This document shows positions 12,629 through 39,600 of a DNA stretch of 64,000 bases, in pieces. Where the stretch lies: positions 22,998,345-23,062,344 of the forward strand of contig NC_134028.1 in NCBI RefSeq assembly GCF_964204645.1, read 5' to 3'. Made by a program: the position numbers and the translations under genes. The notes beneath the pieces were generated by a model, which was not told the origin of the DNA, did not search any database, and was given only the letters and a program-made list of their open reading frames with translations. Numbering within the stretch: the first letter of the stretch is position 1; each line of letters begins with the position of its first letter. The stretch comes from Tubulanus polymorphus. Taxonomy: Eukaryota; Animalia; Nemertea.

Positions 12629-13034
12629 ATATACAAGTATTCGCACAAACAGCTTAGTTCCAATTTAGTATCAGCATCCGTTTATTTGCAATAATAATTT
12701 AAGTTACATATGGCAATATATAATCAAACTATATACAGCATACAAATTACATCGTAATAGATCAATAACAATCCAGAGAACACGATTAAAGAGACAGTTG
12801 GGTCGCTACAGACCATTGCTAGATTACAGAATATTGCTAATGACTCGATATAATCATGGGACTGGTTTTATAGACTGGTATATTATCGTTAACCCGATGA
12901 TTAACTCATTTGAAAATGAATTTAGTTAGCCCCCAACCCCCGGGTTTAAGTTAATACCGGTCTCTAAAACCGAACCATGGACTATTTAGAGTCAATGACA
13001 TGAAACAGGATTGGCAGTAGATCAGATTTGGGAT

Positions 13035-16000
13035 CTAAAGCCTGCCGACAGTACCGAGCGGTGAATACGAATAACCAGCGCATGTATAAACCGGAGGCAA
13101 TGTGATTTTCTCTCTTTGCTGCACGTTTCCATCGGTAAAGTTCAAAGAGGGTGCCAGCTCAGTGACGTCATTTTGGGCAGACGATAACGGAAATTGAGAC
13201 GTCGTGACGTATAATTGTTCTTTGCTCGGAAAGTAGCTCAATTCAGCAGATTTGTCCTTGTAAACAGTTCCAAGGTCATTCGTCGAACCGCTGTGTTGCG
13301 CATGCGCGTTGTAATTCTTATCAGTCGATGACGTCACGGCTGCTGGTGATCTGCTTGACTGGTTACAATGATAACCCTGGTGATAATAGAAATTATCGCC
13401 TTGGTAACACGCACTTGTCATCTGAGCGCAAGACAGATACTTATCGAGTTCCGATTCTTCAAACTGCATGACGTCACCGCCGATATATTCGCTGTCGAAC
13501 TCCAGACGGCTGAAATCGATCGGAATCGGTCCTGAAACAAAATAGAAAATATTCAATTCCATTGAAAGCCGTAAAACAGAATTTTAGAATTTTTTGCGTA
13601 TGAGTTACTTACCAGTTTTCTGTATGTATTTATGAGTGTACTGTTTAGCGGCTGATGCTTGTTCGGGTGTGGTGGGCGGTGTCGGTGGTCCTGTGTCATG
13701 ACCCGTTGCTCCGGTAGGTGGCGGTGGGGTGCACGGTGCCATAAACCAACTCTGCCCGCTACCAATCCTCCCGTAGGCATCTGTGTGTCCACCGGCCTGG
13801 AGAGCTGATCCGATAGAGGGCGTAGTCGGGGGTGGTGTATCCTCGCGACTTTCGTCGTCTTCGGTTGTCGTTGCTGATTGGCTGTTGTTGGATTTCATAG
13901 GTTTACGGCGTCGAGGTTGATATTTATAATCGGGGTAATCTTTTTTATGTTGTAGCCTAAGTCTTTCCGCCTCCACAATAAACGGCTTCTTTTCTTCATC
14001 TGATAACAACCTAAAAAAAGCAAAGTGGAAGGATTTATTTCCATGCCTATCAAGAAAAAAAGCTTATTTTGCGGCGAGGACTCTAGAGACCTTATATGGC
14101 TTGTGGAAGCAAAAAAGAAAATGTTTACGTAAGGTAATACATGATTCTAATAATATATACACACGACAGACGAACTACAAGAAACGGTATTTTGTGAATA
14201 TTAATTGTAAGTCTTTCTAAAAACAATTGCAACTATCACACTAATTATGTCAATCAGATATTTGAACGAGTAGACATGACTTTGACGATAGAAATCCCAC
14301 AATAATTCAGTCAAAGACTGAAAATTCTTGCAACGCTAAACACTATTAGCCATCATCAGGCGTACTGAGAAACAAAATGAAATGACAGAATATTTATACA
14401 ATAATCAGTCGAAGTCAAGTTCAGTCGAAACGTTGCTCAAAATATACACTCTTCAATTCAAGGATTTTTCATCTTCGATTGAATCATTGTAGGATTTCTC
14501 TCGTCATCCATCTTACACGGATAGACGTGTATCTTATCGACTCAGACATGACTTTACTGCACGTAAAATATAAAGTTGGCAAATCAACTGCCCATAATCC
14601 TGGATCTTGGCGCGAGTCAAGAGCCTCTCACGATTTAACAATGAGCGACTTACTACACAATCTGCCTATCGAATTTCCACACATTAAATATCAGCAAATT
14701 GTATTTTCTGCCCGCCGTAATAGGAGATGAAGTATTCCGTACTTCAAGAACCCAACATTCCCTTAGAAACCACTTAAACCGACGAACAATCATAGAGTGG
14801 CTATTTCATGTTACAAATGTCGCATGGTTTGTTTGTGATAAATATGCAAATCTTCCCCCCGTGCCCTGCAGTAGATCGTCTGCTGGTTAGTTTTCATGTA
14901 CGTACGTGTAGAATAATCATTTCGTATTTCTTCGCTATACCTTTCGTAGAACTAGAATTGGATTCGACAAACAATGCTATATACGGCGCGTTGTACCAGG
15001 TTCTCTTTTTTTTAAATAACTTGTTTCGTACGAATACACATCGCCGTTATATTATGTTTGATGAAAAGTTTGTTAGTTCTCGTCACTCGATTGAAACTAA
15101 GAGTCCATAGGAAACAATGGCTGAAATTTACACAACTAACGTCACGAGTGTTGTTTGTTTTAATGCGAGGGACACTTCAGACGACGGTGACAATTTTCTC
15201 AGAATGAAACGAATCAAATATCGAAGCTCTACAAATAAGTCACTTGTTTAAAAGCCACAATACTTCAGTTTTTCTTCGACACATCTTCTCATGAATAAGA
15301 ATTTATCGAAATTTTATTAATACATATATCATTGTATATTATACAGAATATCAAAGATTTTTAATAATTTGTTGCAATATTCGCATGCGGGTATATCGGT
15401 AGCGTGGCCGAGTGGTCTAAGGCGCTGGTTTTAGGCACCAGTCTAGAAATAGGCGTGGGTTCGAATCCCACCGCTGCCAGGATATGTTTTACATTACGAT
15501 CGTCGTTTTTGCTGCAAAATAACCACAGAATTGTCCTGCATAAATCGAGACAGGAGAAATAGAGACATCCTGAAACGGCGACACACCACAGTTTTATCAG
15601 CAACTTAGCCGGTGGTAAAAATAATCACTAATTGGTAAATTATATAAAAAACCAACCAGACAATTTCTCGTTTAAAATAAACAATTAATTGAAGCCAGCT
15701 AATTATTGTCTCCAGGATGGTGGGCCCTCGAGCGAATGTTTATTTTAGAATCAGACATTCCGGCTGCTGTAACTGTGAGATTATTACAGAATTCTTAAAG
15801 ATAAAATGATTATCGAAGATTACTTCCTGCCAGCTTTATTCCGCGATATGTCATTTATTATCAATCACCAACGAATCTAGGTTTGTATCGAAGCACTGCG
15901 CAAAATGTGAACACGAAAACTACTTTAAAATCAAGATTCTCATTTATTCATCATTGAAAACGTCCCGGAGACGTTTCAAAATTGAATTCCATAATTCTCG

Positions 16001-16652
16001 GTCAGTTTCAAGTATGTATTTTAGTATTCAGTATTCGTGAAGATGACTATTACGATAAAGTCGAAATGTTTCGATCAGGAACCACTGACTTATGCACAAT
16101 AGTGCAGAAATCCTACAGTCCGAAATGTTTCCTTGATTCCAATTCCAGTATTAGTGAAGATGACTATTAGGATATAGTCGAAACGTTGAATTAACTACTA
16201 TTAGCTCGGAACTTTTCATTCCCAATTAGGAATATATTCTATATCATAGATAGTTTGTTCTGTGTAAATGATATAATTTCTTACCTCCACAATTTTCCGA
16301 GAGTTTTACTCAATTCGGCATTATGCAGATTTGGGTATTCGTCCGCTAATTTCTTCCTCGCCGCCTGAGCCCAAACCATAAACGCGTTCATCGGGCGTTT
16401 AATGTGTGGTTTCCTTTTATCGGAACTGGTATTTTTTCCGGACATCGGCAACAGACTCCAATCGTATCCTTTGAGGACCTTATTGACCGCATCTTGAAGC
16501 CCCGGCAAATTGTGGATATCGCCGCCCGTCCCCGCAACGCTGGACACCGCCGCCTGGTCATGATGTTCCTGACCGATTAAAGCGCCGTTAGGAGACTGCT
16601 CCTGATAACACGTAGTACTGTCAACGGGGCACTCGGAAATTACAGAACTCAT
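13035..16652 (-). CDS. SoxE: SoxE-group HMG-box transcription factor (Sox8/9/10-like), 420 aa
   Basis: Exons 16652-16285, 14010-13613 and 13531-13035 (1263 nt, GT-AG, frame continuous). SoxE dimerisation motif [17 protein letters not shown]; HMG box [43 protein letters not shown]|[36 protein letters not shown]; GPPTPPTTP and IDFS...ELDKYL (K2/TAM-like) motifs. The HMG-box intron is at the conserved SoxE position. Confidence 0.96.
15398..15479 (+). tRNA. tRNA-Leu(TAG), in SoxE intron 1, antisense to SoxE
   Basis: GGTAGCG...CGCTGCCA, 82 nt; anticodon arm CTGGT-TTTAGGC-ACCAG; long variable arm; GGTTCGAATCC; T-run downstream. Confidence 0.95.
16030..16215 (+). mobile_element. Penelope-like footprint with two degenerate hammerhead-like units
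   Basis: Two repeats of (C/A)GTGAAGA-TGACTATTA..AGTC-GAAA(C/T)GTT. A homologue lies at about 58095-58150. Confidence 0.45.
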
Positions 16653-16955
16653 GTCCGGTTTCAGATCAAAAATTGCTAATTAGGTAATCACGATCACAGG
16701 AAGTCTTTGTACACGAAATAGTCGCCGTACGAATATTACACGGTACTTGAAAGACAAAAATCAGTTCAATTTGGAAAATCGTTGAATGCCGTTCAAAGAA
16801 TAGAGTCCCGATAGAAGCCCGAAATCAATGGATTCAGTGTTTTACGCTCGGCGGTAGAGCTGCGCCTAAAACAGAGTCGATTTGTGGTGCAATTCCTCAC
16901 TACAACAAAACTTTATTCGGTTTTGGATTGTATACAAGTTTTGAAGTACCACCGG

Positions 16956-16999
16956 TTCTATAGGCACCCCGAAACCCCGCCTATCCGCAAAAAACCAAT
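16956..16999 (-). promoter_or_regulatory. Putative SoxE core promoter
   Basis: CCAAT (16995), GC box CCCCGCC (16975) and TATA-like CTATAGAA on the minus strand (16956-16963), in the expected order about 300 bp upstream of the ATG. Confidence 0.45.
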
Positions 17000-17953
17000 C
17001 GAATCACTCGCCTTCGGAGACGATCGCGCGGCCGGATAGGAATCTCCAGATTAAGTGTCATAACTAATAAACAATTATAGACTATCAGTTAGCTGATAGA
17101 CCAAGTGTTTCTCGGTAGCATTTAGTAACATAGTCACTACGTAAATAGAATAATCACGTAGTTTATAGTGAGGTTGAAGGGTTTCAATGTGTTACTGTGT
17201 TTAATTCATTGGTCCGTTCCCGACCGGTATCTTCGGTTACTAACGTGAAATACCATAAAAAAATAACCCGGTAATCTAATACGTCATGTTTGCGGTTAAG
17301 ATCGAGCGAGATGTATCTGAATTATTACAAAAACTTCAATATCGTATTATATCATCCCCCAGAACTTCGTCGTGGTTTAAGTATTAATTCAGAATCGAGA
17401 AAATAAGTGAAAATGCAAACTTCGTGTTGTTCATAAAATTGGTATTGAATTGTTGAATCACATTGAATAGCACGACGTCTACATTATCCGTGTTGGGAGA
17501 TCACAGAAATTATTTTTGATAATACATTTCAGTCGTTTAGTCACAGAAAAATAGACTTTTCTGTGATATCATATTTTCATTGGGCCCCGGGAGCATCGTT
17601 CCTTCAGTTAAGCGGTGTTCTTGGTGATTACTAACCCTGTTGTTTTCGCTCGCGAATGTTCCATAATTTCTCTGCAGGTGTGTGTGTCTAATTGTGCAAG
17701 TCGTCTAATTGGGGCTTGAATATTGTACTGATTACGCCTCTCATATTCACCATCACTTACCTAGGTCGGGTAGTATTTAAATGGAAAACAAGAGATGGCG
17801 TCTCAGGGTATCTGTCATTGAGATGGAAGAATGACGCATGCGTATTATGAGGGATGTTGTTTAAATTTGTCACTGCTCCATCTTGATTCAAAAGTCTCGA
17901 ATCAACGAACCAGATGAGGACTAAAACTCGACCGCAGATAACTCATCTTTAAC

Positions 17954-30578
<12,625 letters not shown>

Positions 30579-30650
30579 GTCAAGTCATTACCACGAGAAA
30601 TATGCGTAACGAATTACTGAAGAATTGACATCTGAATGTTATTTTTTCAG

Positions 30651-30708
30651 CGAACCAATTTACAACGATTGCGGCCTTCCAGTGCGAAGGAATATCCAAA
30701 CAGCGTAG
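30651..30708 (+). CDS. Probable alternative terminal exon of the guanylyl cyclase (FEPIYNDCGLPVRRNIQTA*)
   Basis: A strong donor TT|GTAAGT at 30575 overlaps the stop codon. The acceptor TTTTTTCAG| at 30650 keeps the frame. Confidence 0.55.
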
Positions 30709-31922
30709 ATGGATGAATTGCCGTGATTCCAACGTCGCACAACGTAGCACAATTTCCAATCTACCAAATTCCAATGTTGGAAAAACTGTTAAAACCTGCA
30801 CGATTTGTTGTGTTTATTGATATTTATAAGACGTTTATCGCGCAAACATCGTAACAAGACGACCGTTAGACAAGTATAATCCTTCTTTAGATGGCCGTTA
30901 GATGTCGCAACTTGTTGAGAACGGTTATTTTTTAACTGCAGAAACATGGAAAACCTCTCGTAGGTTTAAATGCACACACATGACACGCTGTTTTCATAGC
31001 CGGGGGGCTTCTTTGTTTAACTTAGGAGGAAAAATTGACATCTACCATAGAATCGATGACGGAAACGGACAATGTAATATTGTTCTCTGAATTAAAATCA
31101 CCTATCGCGCAGTTCTCGTGCGAAAACCCGTCCTTGTGAGAGAAAAAAAACAACTCCAATTCAAATTGTACATTAATATAGCTCCTTGTTTGTATTAAGG
31201 TTCAACAACGAGAATTCGTGCGTGGTTATTGAAAACGGTGCAATCAACCGTCACTTCAACTCGGAAATGTACAGGGTATTTAGAATATCATATTTCATTA
31301 AATAGAATGTCAAAGTTCATCTTCGATATCATTAGGTTAATGGCGGGGCTCTAATTCGAGAATCCAGTATCGTGATTTTCGAGAAATCTTTTCCATGATT
31401 TAATCGGATATAGGAAATTTTCTTTTCTGACAAGACGCACGAATTTTATTGTTAACCGACATTTCCAACTATGTACTATGATTTAAACAAACAATTCTGT
31501 AAATTCTACCGCTGATCTCGCAACTATACCTGTACTTGGATTTCCGATGTCAACATCTAACCCCCTGTTTCCAGAGGCAGATCTAGGATTTTCCATGGGA
31601 GGGGGGTGTCCAATAAGAAAAAGGACACTCTTTACGAAACACCACGTAATCCGGATACTTCTACACATTTTAGGGGGTGCCTTTGGTAATTTCACGCGTT
31701 GAATAACTTATTATATCGGTGGAAAACCTTGGTCCAAAAATTTTTGTGGTGACATTTTTGAGGGCACTTCAAATGTGACCCCCCCCCCCCCACTAGATCC
31801 ACCCTGCGATCCCAGCAGGAGTGATGGGTTTGTAATAAACTCTACCAATAAAATGAATTACATGCATGGTCAATCCCTATTTCAAGATCAAAAAAAGATT
31901 TCGTTCCCCAACAAAAGTTCAG

Positions 31923-31980
31923 GCGTCGGTTGCGTCGGTTGCGTCGGTTGCGTCGGTTGCGTCGGTTGCGTCGGTTGCGT
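31923..31980. repeat. (GCGTCGGTT)n tandem repeat, about 6.5 units
   Basis: Direct inspection. It abuts a degenerate reversed copy (about 31981-32091) of the MITE at 48704. Confidence 0.95.
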
Positions 31981-33145
31981 AGTCATGGCCCAGATTTAAA
32001 AGCAATCTAAGACCATCTTAGTTCTATAGTCAATCTAACAAAACTAGTTATAACTTATACCGACTGAAGTCACGACCGTGCAACTGATCCCTGCATCAAC
32101 ACTGACCCCTGCATACACCGAGGATTGTATATATGGAAATATATTTGGTTTGTTCTTTCATTTTGTTCAGTAGTCAATTTTCTTTTTCAATGAAACCAGG
32201 TCGCAATTTATCAAATAACTAAGACATCTCCCCCGGCCATACAGACTCACAATAAAAGTCATTCTTCGTCGCATTATCAAAACCCAGACGTCGAGTTAAC
32301 ACGGTTTACGACTAGCGCGAGAGACTGGCACAAAAAAAAGAAAAAAAACCCAATCCGAACTAAAGCGCGTCAAAAATACAAAGATACGTTTGTCTTAGAA
32401 TTCGGGTCATGATAACAGAGACTATAGCTACCAATACTCTGTAAACACTAACTCAATCAGGGAGGGAGAGAGAGAGAGAAATCTTAACCATTGCTACTGC
32501 TGTGTTTGACTACTTGAGATGTGACGAGAAGGAGAACTAAAAACCGTCAACGTTTTCATCATAATGACAGTTGAGTGGTGGTTATTTAGGAAGCGAGCTA
32601 TTAGTTGGTGTGTCGCGCGCGTCACTGCGAAGACAGTGAGACATTTCAAGGTTCATTTTCTGCACTTTCTTTGCGGTGCATGAGTCCACGAACTGGATAT
32701 TATTTCGACGCGAAAACGTTGGAAAACGAAGGAATAAATTAACCGGTTTTTTCCTGTTCTGTCTGTCTGAAGTTACGAACAGACTTTTCCGCACTAGTAA
32801 CGAGAGAGTTTCAATAATCCCGCTGTTTTGAAACCGCACTGCGCGAGAAGAAAACTCAACTCTCGCATCGCGGAGTGCGGAATCGTCGAAGAAGCAACAA
32901 ATTGATATTTCGGGGAAAAAAGATCGCGATTAATGAATGATTAAAGCTACGCGCGTTTCATTTGCGGCACATTACGGGAATTCGCTATCGACGCGCCAGA
33001 AAGAAACCTCTCGACGCAAATCAAAGAAATCGAAGTGTTCAACCAGCATTTCGTAATCAGTTCAAACGTTGATGTGTTTTTTTTCTACGCAGCGCGCTTT
33101 CATGTCTCAGGTGTATGAACATAGCGTAATAACGATACTATCAAA

Positions 33146-33254
33146 TATATAAACACAACAGTATAGAGAACGCCTGGTGGTAGTGTGAAAGAAAAAAAAC
33201 GTTTACATCCGGAAGCTATATAGAATTTACCTTGAGGTCGTGACATTCGGCGAG
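33146..33254 (+). promoter_or_regulatory. Putative ADAMTS TATA box and non-coding first exon
   Basis: TATATAAA at 33146; donor CGAG|GTAACG at 33254; acceptor TTTCAAG| at 33660, 23 nt before the ATG. Confidence 0.4.
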
Positions 33255-33683
33255 GTAACGCGTTTCGGGTAGATTTTTTTTTTAATGAGACTGTACTTTT
33301 AAAACCGCTGACGCTTTCATTGGCTAGTTCGATCGAAGTTTATTTCCGATCTACGTGAAATAACGGAGCTGCTTGGTACTAGAATTTTGAGGCTTATTAG
33401 TAGTCATTGTTGGGGTTTGTACCGTGCCAGCAACGACGGAAGAAAACAAATCCACCTGGTTTATATATGAATCGTTCTGGCGGGGCGATAGTGAATCATT
33501 TATAGCATCGGGAATAACCGGGGCTGGTGCAACAAGTAACGTGCGGTCAGTCTATCGGAGTTACTCGCCGTATCACAACAGTACTCCTGCAGGATTTACG
33601 CTTTATCACAATTCGACGATGAAGATTTATCATATATGAATCGTTTCTCGATATTTCAAGCTCTTTCAAATCAAGGAGGAAAA

Positions 33684-36600
33684 ATGATCTCAGAGGTTCC
33701 GCGGGCAGCACTGAAACTAGTGTTTATATTGTGTTTGTTACATGAGAATCAGGTAAGATCGACTAAAAAACTGTTTATTTATTGGCCGTTTTCCGAATTA
33801 TACACGAAAGCTGTTTCACTTAGTAAAATCATATCTTGCTGTTATAAATGTATACACATGATCTGGCTTTTGTTTAGAAGCGATTTTTTTTTCTGCACCC
33901 GTTTGCAATCTATGACTTCGAAGTCCTCGATAAATCAGATGACAAAGCTCTTACTCCAGATGAAATCACAGTTTGTTTTAACTAGCAGACAATTTAGAGT
34001 GGATAGAATAAAGATTGGTGTAAAATTGTACTAAACTCGTTAGAATTCCTGCATGTTCATAACATCGCGATAAACGTAACCGATGCTTGCTTTAAAAGCT
34101 TTAAGACATCTTCTTACATTGAGAAAAAAATCGACGACGGCTTCGTCTGGAATACGAGTGTCAAGTGGATTATCCCAGGGACGTCTGCGCGCTTGTCGCT
34201 ACATTCCTGTAACGGCATCGTAATCAACCATAATAACCGTTGCGGAAATACTCGTGCCGTCCGGCAACCGATAAAAACCCCGAACGCCGTCGAAATCATC
34301 TCGCGACTTATTTCAATTTTTACGAAGTATTTATGAAACTCAAGCACGTATAAGATTATGTCTATGCACATATATAGCATTTGAATTGTATTGTCGGTCG
34401 TTCATCTTGCTCTATAAAAAGCTGTTGAACTGATTTGTGGTAATTGCTTTCAGTCGTTCAAATAGTTAAACACGGTTAAACTGTAAAGATTTATAGGTCG
34501 CTCTAATTAATGCTTCAAACGCTTCGTGAGACTGAAGAAGACTGCGAGATTGTCTTCCGCCAGACAAATACGACCGCAGGAAACTATCGACAGCGAGCCC
34601 CTCGACCGGCAACCGGTTCATGTGGACAGTATACCTGGCAGACAACCAGGTCGATCGAGTAATCAGACTGACGATGAAGCTAATGAAGCAGACACGAGGG
34701 CGCGGTATAGCTCACCTGGAGTCATGCGGTTTTATGCCTGGATACCGAGAACGACATCATTACGTTTCGTTTTTCTTACTGAATATTGCGATGATATTGC
34801 GAATCTATGAATCAGGAAGTGATTCGACGAAACACTGATTCATTGATTCGCAAGTTGCCAGGTCTTACAGGTGACCATCGCAAATATAATAGTCCAGTCT
34901 AATCACGTAAATGCAGAAACATTTATACAAAACACGAGACAACTCGAAATCCAGGGTTCTACCCGAAGATTTGAAGTTGATTTCTAGTTTGTGACGCCGT
35001 AAAAACCGTTTTAAAAATGTTTTAATGCATTGATAACATAGTATGCGTTATTATTGAGTAATGTGTGAGTCGATGTGCACTACGTCATCGATACAAGGGT
35101 TCCATACATTTGATACCGGTTATTACGATTCTGTATAAAACGAACGTTCCGCTGAAATGACAATTACAATTGTGGAAATTGGCGTATATTTTGTTACTAA
35201 ATGATTTCATGACTACTATTTTGTATCTAATGAATATAAATGTATTTTTTAATTTGAATTACAATGGCAATTAGGGTAGCGTGTGAGTGTATTTGCAATA
35301 CGTCATCAATATTGGGGCCTAGACTGGTTGTCGATATTTCAATTTAACCAAAACAAACTGTCGACGTAAACTTTCCACCAAAACGTGGCCTGCGCGTCAG
35401 CCAGTTTAGCATTGTCAACAACGTCAGGGAAGATTTATATGTATCATCTTTCAAGGCATCAATAAACTTTCCAAGTTAGTTTCCCATGTTACGCAGCAAA
35501 TCATGCGACATTTGTGAAGTGTTTCCGTAACACTCCATCACTGAAAAACTCGCGAATGCCGCTAATTTGCTGTAAACTATTAATCAATTTTGTAGAATAA
35601 ATTGCGCAATCGCGTTTAGATATAATCCCTGAAGAATTATGTAGCTCTCGGAACGGCTGAACGGTTTAGTGATAAGTTGTTGTATGATCGGCGAAACAGA
35701 AATTGATTTCTGTCTCGTATTACAATAATGGTCATCCATCTTTTTTACTGATACTACACTGTGACAATTCTATGCATACTAAACATCTTCGAGCTACAAA
35801 TCTTATTACGATATGACGTGTAAATTATCCCGATGATGAACTGGCTAAAAATTGCACGCAGACGCCATAAGTGTCATTGGATATTCGTTTTAGAATTTCA
35901 AGGTTTGGATCATTAAAGTAAACTTAAAAATTTAAGAAAATCGGTCAGGCTGCGTTGGTAGATCGGTAACATCCCGCTACTTTCTTGGAATGAACAGAAA
36001 GATCTTAATATTTTCGTATTGCAAACATACGCCTTACGTTTCTGTGCACCTGAATCTTTTTGAGTTCGCCGAAGCCGTTTACCGGTGGGTGGCTGCTCTG
36101 TACGCAGTGACGTCATCGGTTAACGCATTCAACGTTGCCGCAGTTTTACGCAAAATTAAGTAAAGCTGATGCATTCGCAGAAAATATTTTTGAAAGCCTT
36201 TGCTTTTGGCCACACACACAAAAAAAACTAGAAGAAGTGTTTAGGTTATCTGCGCAGAAGACCTTCGCAAAAAAGATTAATTCAAGATTAGATGTACGTA
36301 TATATTTTTCTTTCACTGTTTTTACAGTTTCCCACTGAGGCCAGCGAACCTACTATTAAAGTATCAGTAGGTGAGTAAATCATGCTCGTTTCGAGCGTTA
36401 TAGTATCCAGTTAAACTGTGTTAGGTACATTTACCTTTATACATTGGCATCGAATCAAGCAATGGAGCAAGACCATCCCGCCAGATGGCATGACGAGCAC
36501 TCGGTCTTACGATGTTGTTGGGGAGGAATTATATTTTCTTTTTGATTGTGCACTTCTCTACTGAATCGAACGCGAAATCATTCCAAATTTAGACACATTT

Positions 36601-39600
36601 AGAAACTTTGACGTATTAAAAACTCCAATTAGCAAAATTTGTCAAAGCTGGTTTAGATCCCTTCTGCAGTCTGAAGTGCATTGTAAATATAGTACATGTA
36701 TTTGTATATGATTATTGTAAACAGCCTTGTTCATCCGTTTTTAAAATTTTTTTTATTTTTCTCTTGATATATCTAGATATTTGTAAACAAAATTATTTTT
36801 CCCTCCACATACCATGGCATTTCCAGGGTGTGTGGAGGGAAAATAATTTTTTGAAATGGGAGAGGAATAAATTATCTTATCTTATCTTACGCTTTAAACA
36901 ATCACATCTGAACTGATTTTGTTAGGCTCCGAATCATAATCACAGAACGCACCATATATATCAAATTCATTTCCCTATTACATACTTGGTAGGAAGCAAA
37001 TGTTTACTGAAATTTGATTTTAACCGAAATGGAGAAGAAATAAAACGCGGAAGACCGAGTAACTACTAGCGACACTCGACGGATCCTCGCTTGCCATAAG
37101 TGGAATCCTCGATTGCCGCAGTAACGTTGAAAACATCTTCATTTATCAAAATTCTTCTTATTCAGGAAATCACTATCAGGTTGTAGTTCCATACATTTCC
37201 GACGAGAGGGGAGATTTCATATCATACGACGTCACTTCCGGTGCGTCGCCACGGCGTTCGCGTTCACGACGCAGTACCCATAGCGACGACGGCAACAACA
37301 ATACTCATCATCATCACCACCGCGGGAAGCGTCATAAATTTTTCATCACTTTGAATATAAACGAAGAGAAACTAGTTTTGAAACTGAAACAAGCGAAAAA
37401 ACTTTTGCCTCCTTATGCTATTATCGAGGAGTATGACAATGACACGGCTACAGTACGACCTCTCACTAGTGACTGTATGTATAAAGGGAAAGTTAATGAT
37501 ATCCCGTTTTCATCGGTGGCAGTCAGTTTATGTAACGGATTGGTAAGTATGCACAGAAAGTTGGCTAGAAAATAAAGGAGCCATTAAGATTCACTAAGTA
37601 TCTGTTAAATTTATTGTTGAAAAGGATAACAAATTGAGCTCATTGGATTAGAAGTGCATAGCCTTAACCACACGGCCACCTCGTCATATGGCTCCGTCGT
37701 TTATCAAAAAATATTTATTTCGGAAAAAGATTATAAATTGAGCCATTGAGAAAAGGATGTCACGACGAGGATGGGATTCGAACCCACGCGGGCAGAGCCC
37801 AATGGATTAGCAGTCCATCGCCTTAACCACTCGGCCACCTCGTCATATGGCTCCGAAGGTGAGCCCCACTTAACCGGTTTATTGACAAAGCAATGTAAAC
37901 GCGCGATAAAACAGTGAACAACTTCATCTTCAAAGTTTTAGTTCAAGAACAGATCTTTAACCATGGACTCTAAACCGAAAGTCCATGGTCGAACTGATAA
38001 AATGTTAACCCATTCCATTTCATCATGATTTCTAACAAATGACCTCTCCGTTTAGTCAGGAATGGTACAGATACTGGAGGATGATTATATCATTGAACCA
38101 ATGACAGGCACTCACGGGGGTCAAGGCCAACCACATAAAGTTTACAAAGTCGACTTGAACGGGCATAAACTGGGCGAATCACGTGACACACCAGAACAAT
38201 TCGGAGACATCGATCTAGATGATGCTGGGTCAGGTATTTAATACAGTAGACACAAATTATCAAAGCGTCTGATCTAGATTATCTTGGTGAAAAGACGAGA
38301 AATAGGATAGTAGTATACTGATCTAATAAGCCATACTTATCATGTAATATATAAAGGATACTTAATGAAAATCTTTTTTTTACGCAGCGCACTATAAATT
38401 GTTATCAGTGCGCTTTACATCGGTTTGAAATAAACATAAGCCGATGAAATAGAAATAAGTAATCTAAAACACTTGGAAAATGAATATCAAGCTAAAATGT
38501 ACACGTAGCTAAGATTTATTGCAATTAATGATTTTCTTTCAAAGAAAGATTTCAAATTCTTCTAAAACATTGAACTGATGAAATTTGTCTAACCCTCCAA
38601 GGCAGTTTGGCTCTACAAGACCGGTTCTGATGATATCGGTACATCTTAGTTACGCCTTCATTATATAGTTATGAAGGATCCAGTGCTAGCTGGCAGGCTG
38701 TACTAATAAAGGCTGAACCCTGTGCCGCCAGAGAAAAGATAATTGTACATCGCTTTTAAATACCCTTCTGAAATATTTTTCAGCCGAATCCCTGGAATCA
38801 GATCTAGAATCAGATGCGAATGATGATCAATATACTTACGAGGACCCGTCGTTACTATACGACGAGATGGTATCATCATTACCCGGTGGCCGGCGACCTG
38901 ATAGGAGAAAGAGATCCGCACCGCAGAGATTTACCAGACGATTTAAACGCCGCGATGGAAGTCGCGGTGACGACGGTCGATATCACCTAGAACTGTTACT
39001 GGTCGTAGATCAGATGGTCAGACGATTTCACGGGGAGAAACTTATAGAACAGTACCTACTGACGCTTATCAATATCGTAAGTGTCGTCAAGGTTTTAGGA
39101 TCAATATCGAAAATGATAACGTAATTTACGTAAAGGGGACTTTTTCCACATATTTGAAATAACAGCTTTTATGTATTTGAATAATGCATACGATAAAAAT
39201 CCAACAATACAAACGTGAAACTATTGCGAAAAGTTTCCACGAGGTACCGATTCAATGGAAGACGCCTCTGAACATTGTATCAGCGGAAAGGGCGCTATAG
39301 AAATTGAATTACTTTCACTATCATTGCGAGCTGATAGTTCAAGACAAGAAAGTGATTATTAGGATTTCGTCGGAACGTCGAAATAAACTACTGCAGCTCA
39401 AGGAAACATTTCTGACTCGTGTTTCTTTTCTATTGCGGGATTTATATCGTATATCATCGTTACAATACGGACACGGAGTGTTTCATCAACGGTTACAAAA
39501 ATGAATATATATATCGGTGGATTGAATCCAAAAATAGGAAAAGAAAAAAGAAATTCTGCAACAATTTTGTCGCACAAACCTTCATCAAGTTGCAATATAG

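Noticed and set aside
36926-36988. Alternative candidate for ADAMTS exon 2
   Set aside because: Wrong phase or weak acceptor; 36328-36370 has strong splice sites, the right phase and completes the signal peptide.
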